From Phyllosticta citribraziliensis (Eukaryota): DNA of 64,000 nt. The DNA lies in the NCBI RefSeq assembly GCF_038025025.1, contig NW_027117344.1, positions 434,001 through 498,000 on the forward strand, read 5' to 3'. Of this stretch, positions 50,401-62,340 are shown one piece after another. How positions within the stretch are numbered: the first letter of the stretch is position 1; every line of letters starts with the position of its first letter. The notes beneath the pieces are model-generated. The model did not search any database. It was given only the letters and a program-made list of their open reading frames with translations, and was not told the DNA's origin. The translations under genes were made by a program, and so were the position numbers.

Positions 50401-51582
50401 CCGAGGAATGAATCAAGGTTCTTTGCTCGGTTCCATGCCGACGACAGACAGGCAGTTGGGCAGGCAGAATGGCGCGTGGAAGTGTGCGCGTGTGCCGTTG
50501 AGCAGAGGAGCGGCATGGAGCGCTGCAGCGGCCGAACCAAACTCTCTTTTCTTCCCTGCATTTTTTCTCTTCTTCTTGCGGGTGGGCGCCAAGTTAGGGG
50601 TCCGCCGCGGCAGCAAAAAAAAGAAGAAGAAACTTGGCCACGCGGACAAGGAGGAGTTGACAAAGGTTGCTACCTACTCCACAACCGGACGCTCTGACCT
50701 AGGCAACGACATTCCAGCGCGTTCAGCTTTACAGTCAGAAGGGGGAAGAGGGTGTGTGGTAGTAGAGCCACCAATTTTTTTTCTGACTGCCGCCCCAGTC
50801 GGATGGGTCGACGAGCCCGATGGAGGTGTGAGTGAGATTCAGCAGCAGGCCCGGACAGGGGGCTCCCTGGACAGACAGACTCTCGTCTTCCTTGTCGTCG
50901 TCGGGCTCGTCCCGCTCGCCCAGGCAGGGAAGAAGCCAGCCCTTCACAAGCGTCCGTTTGCCGCCGCGGGTCAGCACTCAATTCTGACGGCATCCGGCCG
51001 GTCGGTGACATATTGGTGGTGGTGACGATGATGGTGTGGTGGTGCAGCAGCTGACCTCAGACGACGCGCCGGTCCTCGTCCATGGGCCGGTCAGAGGAGA
51101 CAAGGACACGGTCGGTGGTGCTGAGCTGTGCTGTGCTGCAAGGAAGCGAGCGAGTGAGGGTTGCGAGAGCAAGGGCTCACGACACCACCACCTCCGCTTC
51201 CTCAAGGCGGCCGCACAAACGGCCGCCCGGTTCGCCGGGTGCGGCGTGGGCGTGTGATGGGCGTTCCGCTGGCGCAGCTGCAGCCGAGCGAGCCAGCAGC
51301 CGTTTTGGCCCCGCCCCAGATTGCGGAGGCGCTCCGTGCGGCCTGAGATGCAGAGCCGGTGTGGTGTGGAGAAGAAGGCGGAAGAGTTGTTGTCTGATGG
51401 GTTGGATACGTGGACGAAAGGACCGAGTGCGTGGTGTTGATGATGGGATGGATCCTTCTGCGGCCGGAATAGAGGTCCAGAGGCCCGTTTGCGAAGAGCC
51501 ACACGCGCCAAACACTCAACACCATTTCTTCATTCCCTGTCACTGCAACGCGTTGAATGAGTGAGCGACAAACGGCGTCCCA

Positions 51583-51606
51583 CTGCTGCTGCTGCTGCTG
51601 CTGCTG
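51583..51606. repeat. (CTG)8 microsatellite
   Basis: Read directly from the sequence. Confidence 0.9.
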
Positions 51607-52748
51607 GCTGCAAACGCCAAACGCTCTCCCGCAGCGGACGGATGGCCGCCTCCACAGCACACCACACTGCGCGCCTGGCCTGGCCGCCTCTCTGTATGTA
51701 CGTGTAGGCAAACCAAGCCCTCCCTTGCTTCTCCCCCAGTACACACGGCAGTGGAGTCCCCACACGACGCATGCAAAGCTGGCTATGTACATGTCATGTA
51801 TGTACCGATGTAGGTACACGATGGGTGCCTTGCTTTAGCTGCCGGCGCTAAGGTACACGAAGCAATGAACCTGCGCCCGTTCGCAGTCTTCCACCTATCC
51901 AGGCCATGGTATGCCGTTTTCCATCTCTCACATCTCTCTCAAATCTCTCTACGCACCTCCATCCCGGCCCGCTCTCCACCACCACCTACGCCATCACTCC
52001 AACGTAGGTTCGCACACCCGCCTTCCGCCCGGGCCGCCCTACCACTCCTCGCTGTTCGCTAGGCCGCTGAGCAAGGATACCCGTTGTCGCCGCGCGCGGT
52101 TCGTTGCGGCATCCCGTCCGTCCGGCCGGCCGGCCGTCCCGAACGAACGAACGAACGAACGACCGTTCGTTTGTGCGTGCGGCGTGCAGCAGTTCGGCTG
52201 CCTGACTGACGGATAGCTGCGGCCGCGAGGGACGGGGATGGCGGTGGCGGTGCTGGCGGGATGGTGGTGTAAAGATGGAGAAGTAAGTAGAGAAAGGCAA
52301 GAAAGAAGACAAGAGAAAGAGAGAGGTTGCAATATCATCAATTTGCAATGTACATACGCCATCCGCAAATCTGCAGCAGGAGAGCGTAGTGTCTAAACGT
52401 ACACAAGCCCAAAAAAAGACAACAAAGCAAGGCACACTCACCACCCACACCACACGACATTCCTCGCCTCCCTCCCCTTAGATGCCTCCCTTCCCTTCCC
52501 TTCCTCTCGGCAGCTGCCGAAGCGAAATGAAACGGACGCGCGACTTAAGCGCGTGGCGCAGCGAGAGGCGTTCGTACATGTGTGTGATGTGGCGGATGCA
52601 CGCACGCACGCACGCACGCTCGGCAAGGGCGGAAGAACGGGAGTTTGGCGGGTAAGGTGGATGCCTATGTGCGGTAGATTTTGTGATGGGATGGATGGCG
52701 GCGGCAGCAGGGGTGCGTCCGTCCGTCCGTCCACTGTCTGTCTATGAC

Positions 52749-52773
52749 GAGATGAGATGAGATGAGATGAGAT
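52749..52773. repeat. (GAGAT)5 microsatellite
   Basis: Read directly from the sequence. Confidence 0.85.
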
Positions 52774-53796
52774 GGGGGCGGGCGGTAGACGGGCGGGCGG
52801 TAGGCGCCAAGGTGAAGTCGTAGGGAGGTCGTGAGGTCGCACAGAGAGCGAGAGAGGGAGCGTACCACATGAACACGCACCTACCTTAGGTAGCAGACAT
52901 GCAGCAGAGCAGCAGCAACATCATCACAGGCAGAGCAAAGGGCAGTTGGTTGAGTGGGGGTCCGCGCGAGCAGACAAGAGATTACGAGCTGTTCTGAGAT
53001 TCTAAACGGGCAGGGCAAAAGCAATAGCAAAAGCAGACAGCAAAGAAAGCGACCAAGGAAAAGGCAAGCAACTTCAGTTTCCCCCCTGCCCCAGCCACCC
53101 ACGCCCCCAAACGTACGGACGGACTAAACAACACGCAGAAAAAGCAAAGCAAAGCAGAAATGTAGCGAATGGCAGCAAGCAGGCAAGCAAGCAGGCAACT
53201 TTTTGTTTTCCCCCCAGCCCAGCCCCCCTCATCCAATTTCCCAGCGCAAGTGTGTCTCTGTGCGTGATGGTGGTGGTGTATCGATCAAGCAAGCGTGTGC
53301 TGGAACCAATGTCTGACCCGAGTAAGAGTGAGAAAGGGGGTGGTGGGCGGCAGATTCTCGTCGGTCACCGCTGAAACACAAAACAAAGAGAGAAGTAGCA
53401 GCAGCAACAACAGCAGCAGCGCCTTCAGAATGCCGCACCCGTGTCTGTCGTGTGTAAGAGTGGGAATGGAGCCACCCAATGCAGAAAAGAAAACCGAAAA
53501 GGCAGCAGCGCAAAAAAGGAGTCGAGTGTTGTACAGACAACGAGAATGGGAGAAAAAGGGAACTCATACAATCTACTAGCATTACAATCGAGGTGGAAAA
53601 CGGGAAAAGTGGTATCTTTCGCAGAAATCGACCAAGAGCAAAAGAAGAAGAAGAAAAGAAGGGAAAGCCGGGTATAATCTGGCCATGATTGCAAAGCAAA
53701 GAAAGGAAAAATCTCTCAAGTCTTCTCCAGGGGTTTGATGAGTCGTTCATGTGTGAGTCATGGCTCGTCGTCGTTCGTCGTCCTGTTCGCCACCAT

Positions 53797-55005
53797 CTAG
53801 GCAGAAGGATACTGCAAGATGTCGTCGCAGTTGGCGTCGAACCGCATGTTCCACAGCCGGATCCCAGTCATGATCTTTTCCGTGCGCTCCAACTCGCGAT
53901 CCCGGCCAAAGATGGAGTGCACAAACTCGCAGCCGCTGTTCTTGCCCATCGAGGCAGGCTTCTTGCCGCCTGCGTCGCGCCTGGCGGCCTTCCACATGTA
54001 CTCCTCGCAAATCTTGAGCAGCTTGTTGAAGCGCAGCCACAGGCGCTCGCCGCTGTCCAAAAAGTCTTCGACCATGTCTTTGCTCTCTTGCTTGCGAATC
54101 TTGGGGGCGCACTCCTCGGCCCGTCGAATCTTTCCCGCCAGCTGAATCAGAAGCAACCACAGCTCCCCCGCAATCTCGGACATGGGTGTCGTGGCCCCGT
54201 GAGAAAAGACGGTCCAGTCATAGATCCACTTGCCGAGCGAATTGGCGTCAAACACGGATCCCAGCAGCAGGATTGGCTCTTCGTTGGGATCCCAATTCTT
54301 GTACGAGAAGCCGGCCGGAATGCCTGCGCGACGGGCATCCGCGTCGGTGGCGACGGCCTTGGGGGGTGGCGACTTTTTCTTGGTCGACGCAGTGCGCTTG
54401 GGCGTCGGGGTCGCCGCGGGTCGCGCAGAGGTGGAGGCCCGGCGCGAGCGCGTCTTTGGAGTTTGCGGCTCCTTGTGCTCGTGGGTCTGGGGGTAAGAAT
54501 AAGTGTAAGTTTGCTTGTGGCCCTGATACGCCTCGTAGGGAGGCGGCGGAGTGCCAGAGGCGTCGTAGTCGTCGAAGACGTCGCCACTGCCGCCGGCCTT
54601 GTGGTAGGCATGTGTGCGAGCAGAGCGATTCTTCTCGCCACACTGGCAATTCTTGCAGGCGCAAGACTTTGCGCAGGGCACGGCATCCGAGTCGCGACGG
54701 CGTGCGCTGGAGCCACTTACTTGATAGTAGACGCGCTGAGGCGTCGAGTCGCGCGCGGCGTAGCGCGGCGACGAGGTAGAATAGTACTGAGGAGTGGCGC
54801 GAAAGGTGTAGACGGGCGGGTCCTGGTGGCTGGTCTGGCGCGTGTGGTACTTGGGAGAGGCGCGCGGAGACGGCGTCGCAGTCTGGACCTTGTAGCGAGG
54901 TGAATAGTAGTTTCCCGGCGAGGGCGAGACTGGAGGAGTGCGGTAGTAGGCGTCTTGAGGCATGGCGTAGGCCGGCGAAGACGCGTGATAGTGTGTCGAG
55001 TACAT
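53797..55005 (-). CDS. Conserved fungal hypothetical protein (Tyr/Pro/Ser-rich N-terminus, globular helical C-terminal domain), 402 aa
   Basis: Single-exon ORF with strong coding bias. The C-terminal block ATDADARRAGIPAGFSYKNWDPNEEPILLLGSVFDANSLGKWIYDWTV...IRLWNMRFDANC resembles a recurrent uncharacterised Pezizomycotina family. TATAAA on the minus strand at ~55090-55095. Confidence 0.88.
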   Translation of the reverse strand: MYSTHYHASSPAYAMPQDAYYRTPPVSPSPGNYYSPRYKVQTATPSPRASPKYHTRQTSHQDPPVYTFRATPQYYSTSSPRYAARDSTPQRVYYQVSGSSARRRDSDAVPCAKSCACKNCQCGEKNRSARTHAYHKAGGSGDVFDDYDASGTPPPPYEAYQGHKQTYTYSYPQTHEHKEPQTPKTRSRRASTSARPAATPTPKRTASTKKKSPPPKAVATDADARRAGIPAGFSYKNWDPNEEPILLLGSVFDANSLGKWIYDWTVFSHGATTPMSEIAGELWLLLIQLAGKIRRAEECAPKIRKQESKDMVEDFLDSGERLWLRFNKLLKICEEYMWKAARRDAGGKKPASMGKNSGCEFVHSIFGRDRELERTEKIMTGIRLWNMRFDANCDDILQYPSA

Positions 55006-56345
55006 TGATGGATGGCGGCGGGCGGAGCCGGAGGATGCAGAGAGTTGCGGAAAGGATTCGAGGGTCCAAGGTGAGAAGAGGCGAGTGAATTTATAGTCCT
55101 GAGCGTCACCGGGGCTGAGTTTCGCGGGCGGCGAGATTGGTCGCGTGGATGGCGAGGCAATTGGACCACGGGTGCGTTGGAGGGTGGGTCGCGGCGGGAG
55201 GTGAAGGAAAAGACAAAGCGGTGGATATGAACATTGATAGTCCTGGGTGGCGTCAGGACGGGGGAGCGTCGGGCGGGTTGGGCGACAGATGTGGGAGTGG
55301 GAGTGGGTGGTTTGTAATGTCGAAGGAGCAGAAGTCGGGAATGGGGACGTGGGCAGTGTTGGACTTTATTGTTCCAGGAACTTGAACTCAACGAGTCAAG
55401 GCGGCGGGCCCTCATATGGATGCCCCGGCCGTGCAGGCTGTGGCTGGGCTGGGCTGGGCTGGGCAGCAAAACGGTACAGTCTCTGTCAGCAGCACCACAT
55501 GGCTTTATGCGTCTTTCTCTCTCTCGCGCTGTCTCCGCTCCCGTCCCTCGTCAAACGCCGCGACGTCTCACCAGCCCTTGCACCACCAGCATCCGGATAC
55601 ATGTAGACATGGACATAAAAACATCACGTCAAGGCCATCGCAATCTCGGCCCTGGCTGCAAATTTTTGCATTCCCTCGCTCCCACCGCACGCCTGTCTCA
55701 CCCCAATGTATTCATGCCCTGTCCGCCTGCCATGCCATGCATCTCGCCAAAGCCTGCATTCAGCCCTTTTCGCTCCATTGGCCCTCGCCCGTCGCACCTC
55801 CGCTTCCACACGCCAACAACTCACCTTGCGCTATGTCATGTCTACAATGACTCTTTAGCATTCGACGTCATGCACAAACGCCCAAAGCCCCTCCACGCTG
55901 GGCCTCCCGCCCAACCGTCAACAAACCTCTGCTCTGTCCAAGCGCCTTGTCAAACCGCGTGTCGGTGTGACTGTGACTGCTCCCCCATGGCCATGGCTGA
56001 CGAGACCTGAGACCCACCCATCCAGACCCATCACTCCCAAAATTGCATTGCTTCTTTTTTTATCCCACTCCAGATTAACCTCGTCTCCGGTCAGATTTTT
56101 ATTTGCGTGCTGACCTAACCTCCATGTCAGACATCGTGACCCCTGCCCCAGCCTCAGCCATTGCATCACTTCCACTCCACCTACGCTCACACAAACACAG
56201 GAACCGCCGTCTTCAGGGGTCAAGCAAAGAGAAGCTGACCTCGCTTTTGCCCTCTGTGCCACGCCTCCAGGCGTACAAGATATCGCCCTTGGGACGAATA
56301 CGTGCAGCTGAATCTCTTCCCGGAAGCGCCTACATGAACCACTAG

Positions 56346-56363
56346 CCCCCCCCCCCCCCCCCC
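56346..56363. repeat. Poly(C) tract, 18 nt
   Basis: Read directly from the sequence. Confidence 0.9.
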
Positions 56364-58630
56364 ATGTCGTACCACGCCTGCCACAACACCAAAGCGCCCT
56401 CCCGCTGCACTCCTCGAGGGTCGGTCACGCTTCCGTTTGACAGACGCAAAAGCAATGCTCCGCGAGCCATGCCCTCGCCCTGCAGACGGACGCGCTTCGC
56501 CGCACCTCTGAAATGCGACATCCGTGTTACCACCTACAGTTTCATGCCACCAAAACGGGCTCGACTTCTCCAAGCAAGCTTTGCTGCTTTTGTCAACCCT
56601 CCTTCCTTTTCCTCTCGTCCCATTTGTTTGCCTGGACAATTCTCCGGCCGTGCGACCAGCCTCCCATCTCATGCCGACCGAAGCGTCCGAGACGCTCCCA
56701 AAACACTTTACCTTGGCTTCCTCATGCACTCGACTTTGTGAAACCCGCAAACATGAAAAACATGGCGGCCGGTGCGGGGCCAGCGGGAGGCTTTGACCAG
56801 ACGGACCACAGCTGATTGCTGTCGTGTCCAATGATGCGCATACTTTGCAAACTGTACATTTGCAGATGCATGGGCGAAAAGGTTGGCTAGCTGTGGGCGC
56901 GTCCCAGCCGCCCGACTAGTCCTCGCGTTGGACAAGAGCTGGGAAACGAGTGGACCAAAAGAGAGCAGTAAACAACCAGAAATCCGGATCATGAAAGGAC
57001 ATCCCAGTTTCTCCTCTGACGTATGCCATTGCAACCCTGTTGGCAGGTTGAGGCTCAAAAAACGCCTTCCGCGACTCCAGGGATCGTTGGCATCGTGAAA
57101 ACGCGGCTATCCCAGCTGGCGTCAGCCACATGGATCCCGACTTCGTCAGTGGCTCAGGCAACGACGACGGAGAATAAAAGACACGCGATCCTGGACAGAC
57201 GACGACCACCCACTGCGCCACTTCCGCCGTTGGTTGTTTTGCTCTCGATCAGCCACACAAAAGAGTCATCATTGCAGACATCCTACGTGTCTGCTCAATC
57301 GTGCCCAACGCCAAGCGCATCGCAGGATGAGCAACATCAGCACTGAGCAGCTAGCCTTGAAGGTCGTCAATTAGCTCGGCCGGCACTTCGATCAGGTGCT
57401 GGAGTCGCAACTCAATCAATCACAAAGCGAGTGTTGCTAACTTGGCTAGTGTGCCCGCTAACAATTCCCTATGACTGGGCAACTGCTCTGCAGCCTTATG
57501 ATGCAGTATGTTTACGCTTGACTGCAGATCTTTTTGGGCGTTTCTGCATCGAGTCGCTACGAGAAATGACGCACGCCGTCAGGTTGGCCTGCCCAAGATG
57601 ATTCAGTGCCGATATTCGACATGCTGCACTTTGCAATTTGCGATGCACTTGAAGACGGCACGAGAAGGCCATCAGCGTAAAGTCAACATGTGCACCAACC
57701 TTGTATTCGAACTGCATCTCCTTGATCTTGGATCAAGAATATACCATTTTTCTTCGAAGCCGCCCATTCGTAACAAATCTCACGTCAGTCCAGACCGCGA
57801 CGGACTGGAATCGCGCCCGCCATCCACGCGTCTCCAACGAACCCAACCCATCCTCCTCCACCAAGGCCCGTCATCTAACTTCGAATCGAGCTCGCTCGAT
57901 TCCATGTGCTCCAAAATTACCTCACAGGACGGCGCCAAAAGCATCCACCTACCTCATTCCGTCGCCAGCCCAGCGCACCACGCGACCCTTAAACGCTCTC
58001 CACGAGCCGAATCGGGCAGCGAGTCGATGCAAATCTCACGGTCCAAACCGCCACCCGCGTCTTCTCCCACGCGGCCCAACAGGGCTACATTGCGCCTCGC
58101 CCATTAGCCACCCGCTGTTTCGGTACCGGCCCGTCCCACGTCGTCGTCTCGTCTTGACCCTTTTTCCATCTAATCCGACAGAGAAGCGCAAGAGCCACGA
58201 GGCTGTTTGGCGCCGCCCCGGCCGCGCATTGCGCAAGCCAAAGTCTTGGGAGTCGACGACGACGAACTCGGCCGGGGCACCACTGCGGGATGGATGGGCG
58301 GCCCCACTGTGTCCCGTTGGATGTTGATATAGAGACGGATGCCGCCGTTTGTGGTTCGAGATGTACAACACTTGATCAGAAACATTTATACACACCCTTG
58401 ACCAACCAAGCAAATTGCATCGACTTGATTACTCTTGAAAGAGCAAGGGACATCTGCCACGAGCTATCAGGACAGAGTATTGGGTGAACTAGTACAAGGT
58501 ATGTGCTTTGACTCTGATTATTCTCTCACCTCCCTGCCCCCTTTCCCTCCCAACACACTGCTAACTCTGCCATCCAGCTACCTCACCAACCACCCACACC
58601 ACCAACAAACTCCCAAAACAACCCACAAAA

Positions 58631-59425
58631 ATGCCTCAACTCCGGATCCCCTACCCGACCATCTCCCTCGACACAACATCCCTCGTCGAGTCGCTGAAGC
58701 GAATCGACCCGCTGGTCGAAAGCGGCCACAAGATCCTCGGCGAAACGCCGCACATCTTCGTGTGCGGCTTCCTGGCGCTGGCCGGCGGCGCCGCGCTGTC
58801 GCTGTGGTCGTACGTGCTGCTGCACGTGTCGGCGGCGCTGGCGTGCGAGCACTCGTGGGCGCGCGCCGCCGTGACCGCCGTCGTGCTGGCCAGCGTCGCC
58901 GTCGAGTGCGTCCGCGGCCTGACGTGGTATGCGCAGTGGGTGCTGGCGGAGAACGGCGGCGCCGATTACAGCTACGCGCGCGTCACGGGGCTGGACAAGG
59001 TGGCGGCGAGGGCGGCAGCGGCTGCCGCTGTCAAGGAGGCCGCGCATGCGGCGGCGGAGACGGGCAGGCCGGCGCAGGCCACTGTTACGGTGTCGTCGAC
59101 GGCAGCCGCCGCGCCGAGTCTCAAGCCTGTCGTCGTCTCTTCGTCTACTACCTCCACATCGACAACGACGACGATGCCAGTGGCCGCACGACCCGCCACT
59201 CCTCGCCTCTCCTCTGCGCCCAAGTCGACCGTGGCGCGGGGCCGCGAGAGCATGCGCACCGGCTTCGGCATGAGCATGGCCGACTGGGACAGCGCCAGCG
59301 ACGAGGCAGCGTGTGCGTGGCGGCAGTGGGCCAGGGGGCTCAAGCTGGCGGCGCAGATCAACAAGGGCGTGCGGCAGGGCGTGCGCGGCGAGGGCGAGGA
59401 GAGGTGGATGACGTTGAAGTGGTAG
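58631..59425 (+). CDS. Hypothetical membrane protein (2-3 hydrophobic segments), 264 aa; 3' end uncertain
   Basis: AAAAATG context, GC3-rich codons, hydrophobic stretches IFVCGFLALAGGAALSLWSYVLL and AAVTAVVLASVAV. A canonical upstream intron 58499-58577 (GTATGT..GCTAAC..CAG) suggests a spliced 5'UTR. Confidence 0.6.
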   Translation: MPQLRIPYPTISLDTTSLVESLKRIDPLVESGHKILGETPHIFVCGFLALAGGAALSLWSYVLLHVSAALACEHSWARAAVTAVVLASVAVECVRGLTWYAQWVLAENGGADYSYARVTGLDKVAARAAAAAAVKEAAHAAAETGRPAQATVTVSSTAAAAPSLKPVVVSSSTTSTSTTTTMPVAARPATPRLSSAPKSTVARGRESMRTGFGMSMADWDSASDEAACAWRQWARGLKLAAQINKGVRQGVRGEGEERWMTLKW

Positions 59426-60810
59426 ACGCAGAGGAGGAAGAAGAAGAAGACGAAGTGGAGGATTCAAGCTTGCGTGTGTCTTTGGGAGTTTTTGGAGTTG
59501 GGGCGTTTGGGCCCATGGGCCTGGGGAGTTTGTGGAGTTTGTGTTTGAAGATACACGCGCAAGAGGATGGTGGAGCGAGAGGAAGAGGATGGGGTAGGAC
59601 ATGAGGTTACGGAGAGGAAGTGGATGGCCATCGCCATCCACGACACGACACGATACGATCTCACGACTCTGGTTCACCACCACCACCACCGCCGCCACAA
59701 CCACCACTACAACAACAACAAGAAAAAAAGAAGAACCCAACAGGGCAAGAGCCAAAACATCGATTACTCAATTACATAGTTCGACGATATCCCACCAATC
59801 AATCAATCACATTTTACACTTTACTACACAAGTCTCTCTCATATAACCTCTCACAACAACACCGCCGTAGCCCTTACCCACAGCAAACCCCCCTCCTCCA
59901 GCGTCGGCACCAGAAAGACGATGCTGGCAGTGACGTAACTCCAACTCTAGATGCAGAGTAGGAGCAAGAGTATGTAAGCCTCTCCCGTCCCTCGCCACCG
60001 CCAACCATCATCCCGCATCCCATCCCATCCCGCATCGACGGGCGCGCGCGGCGGACTGCGCAGTCAGCCTTACACGCATGCTATGCCATGCCATGCCGTG
60101 GCACAGAAGGTAGAAGGATGGATGGATGAATGACCTGAAGACTCCTCAGCCTTGTCGCTCCCGCGCTCGCGCCCAGCTACCACTGTCGACGGTGGTTCGT
60201 TTGCAGTTCATGTGATGTTGAGCAGCTGCAATGCAACTGACAGCCTTTGCAGAAGATGCGGACGGATGAGTAAGTGGAGAATGGGCTGTGGCGGCGCGCT
60301 GTGACTTGCAGGAGAACAAGTAAGAGGTAATTGAGCAAGTGAGGGAAGGGCAGCGGAATTCAGCGAGTGAGCGCTACGCCCAACTAAGCAAGTAGGTAAG
60401 AAAGGAAGGACGGAAGAGGAGCGCAGGAGGCGAAGGAGTGCGGCTTGCTGGCCCTACAAGGCCGGATAGTGGTGGATTGAGCCCGCTGGGTGCCTATGCC
60501 TTTGCCTTGTGGGATAGATTGATGGGGAGGCTGCAATCGCGTTCGAGGGCGTCAAACAAGTTTGATATCCAGTGCTCTCCTCTGTACCGTAGATTTGCTG
60601 AGACCGATAATTGTATATATACAAGTCAAGAAAGAAAGAAATAAGGGAGGAGAGTAGACGAGTCCGCTCTACTCTATCCGACTCCACCTCCTCCCTCAAC
60701 AACAAGACAAGACAAGACAAGCCATGCAAACGCGAAACGCTAAACACACTCCCCTGCCCTCTTCTTCCAGCCCCTCACCCCCTTAAAATCCTTCCCCAAC
60801 AAACACCCCC

Positions 60811-62010
60811 TTACGCACTACCCGCAACACACTGCGAGTAATAGTCATTCCAGCGCTGGCACGTCGCCCCACTCACACACGTCGTGCTCCCCTGGTAGTT
60901 AGAGCCACCACACTGTCCATAAACCTGCACCGCACCACCGCTGCTCGCGCCGGGCGTCGCGCCGGGCGTGTACACGGGCGTGTAGACGGGGCTGTAGGCC
61001 GCGGGCGTCGAGTACGCAGCGGGAGCAGAGTACGCGGGCGCCGAGTACGCCGCCGGCGTCGGCGTGCTGATGGGCGTCAGGGCCGCGGCGACGTTGACGG
61101 CGGACGTTGCGGCGGCCGCGGGAGTGGTGGCAGAGGGAGTGGCGGTGGCGGACGCGGCGGCGCTCTCGCCGACGAAGACGGCGGCGTGCGCTTCGCTGCC
61201 GGAGGGCCAGATGGCGGGGCCCGGCATGGTGTAGTTTGTGGGGACGGGGTAGTAGACTGGGGGGAGGAATGGTCAGTTGAGCGTGCTCATTCTCAACTCT
61301 AAGAAATCGCCAAAAGGAAAGAAGGGGTGAAAATGGTGCCAGGGGGCAGGTGAAGTGGGAGACGTACTGTTAAGCATAATGCCTGGCTCATTGCCCGTGT
61401 AGACGCCCGGAATCTTGGCCACAAAGTCGCCAGCCGGCGCGTCCGTCGCCGTGCCCTCGACGCTGATCTGCGCGCACGAAATGTAGAACTGCGCGCCGCC
61501 GTACGTGCTGGCGCCGTGCAGCGCGATGCTCTCCGCCCGCAGCAGGTACTCTCCCGACGGCAACTTCGCCGGCAGCGCAAACGTAAAGTTCGTGATCTGG
61601 TCCGTCGCCCACTGCAGCCCCTCATCGGTGATGTCGGACGTGCCGAGCTCGTAAATCTTGAACCACTCGCCAGCGCCGTCGTACTCCTTGGCGGTGGAGT
61701 CGGCCTTGGACATGTAGACCTGGATGGGGCCCGGGTGGCCGATGGCCGTGTCGAGGGCGAAGCCGACCGTGTCGCCGGCCTTGACGCTGTGAGTCTTGGT
61801 CGTGCTGCCCGTCAGCAGGCCGCCCGCGTTGCAGCGCAGGTCGGTCGAGTTGACGGCCGTCACGGGCGAGTTGGAGTTGTTGTTCTTGCGCACGTATTCG
61901 TACTCGCTGGTGATGTTGTCGTTGACGATCAGCCGGTTGAAGCAGTAGTGCGCCGAGGCCGAGTGCAGGAGGCCGGCCGTCGCCAGCAGCGTCGAGAGCG
62001 TAATCTTCAT
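60811..62010 (-). CDS. AA9 lytic polysaccharide monooxygenase with C-terminal CBM1, 2 exons, ~362 aa
   Basis: Signal peptide ending ASA then His1 (HYCF), second His in [30 protein letters not shown]. Intron 61367-61257, then [17 protein letters not shown], a linker, and CBM1 [33 protein letters not shown]. Confidence 0.96.
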
Positions 62011-62281
62011 CTTGCTTGTGCTTAAGGAATGGAACCGCCGGGGTTCAAAGTGAGTGAATGGGTCGAATCGACAAAGAGTGAAAAAGATGAATGAGTGACG
62101 CGCAGCGACCACCAAATGGAAAAAGAACGAAGCCAAAGAAGAGATCAGTGGAATGGAGTAGGGAAGAAAAAAATAGACGCCAGGAAGGACGTATGGCCAT
62201 TATATGCCTCTCCAGTCTCTGTCAATTCATCGCCGAGTTTCATGGGGCTTCGCTTAGGCCGAGCGCGCGTGGAGGCCATGA

Positions 62282-62340
62282 CTGGGGTGGTCGCGTGGAG
62301 CGATCGACCTCCCAAAACGGCAATTCGCGATGTGGCTAAA
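62282..62340. promoter_or_regulatory. Candidate CreA (CTGGGG) and XlnR (GGCTAAA) sites upstream of the AA9 gene
   Basis: CTGGGG 62282-62287 fits SYGGRG and GGCTAAA 62334-62340 fits the XlnR/Xyr1 consensus, about 270-330 bp upstream of the ATG. Such short motifs can occur by chance. Confidence 0.35.

Noticed and set aside
53689..54903. 404-aa plus-strand ORF opposite the conserved hypothetical gene
   Set aside because: Antisense shadow; the minus-strand frame carries the plausible globular domain.
58435..59755. 389-aa (+) and 390-aa (-) Arg/Gly-rich ORFs overlapping the 58631 gene
   Set aside because: Off-frame readings of very GC-rich coding DNA. The + ORF starts at TTG and runs through an apparent intron.
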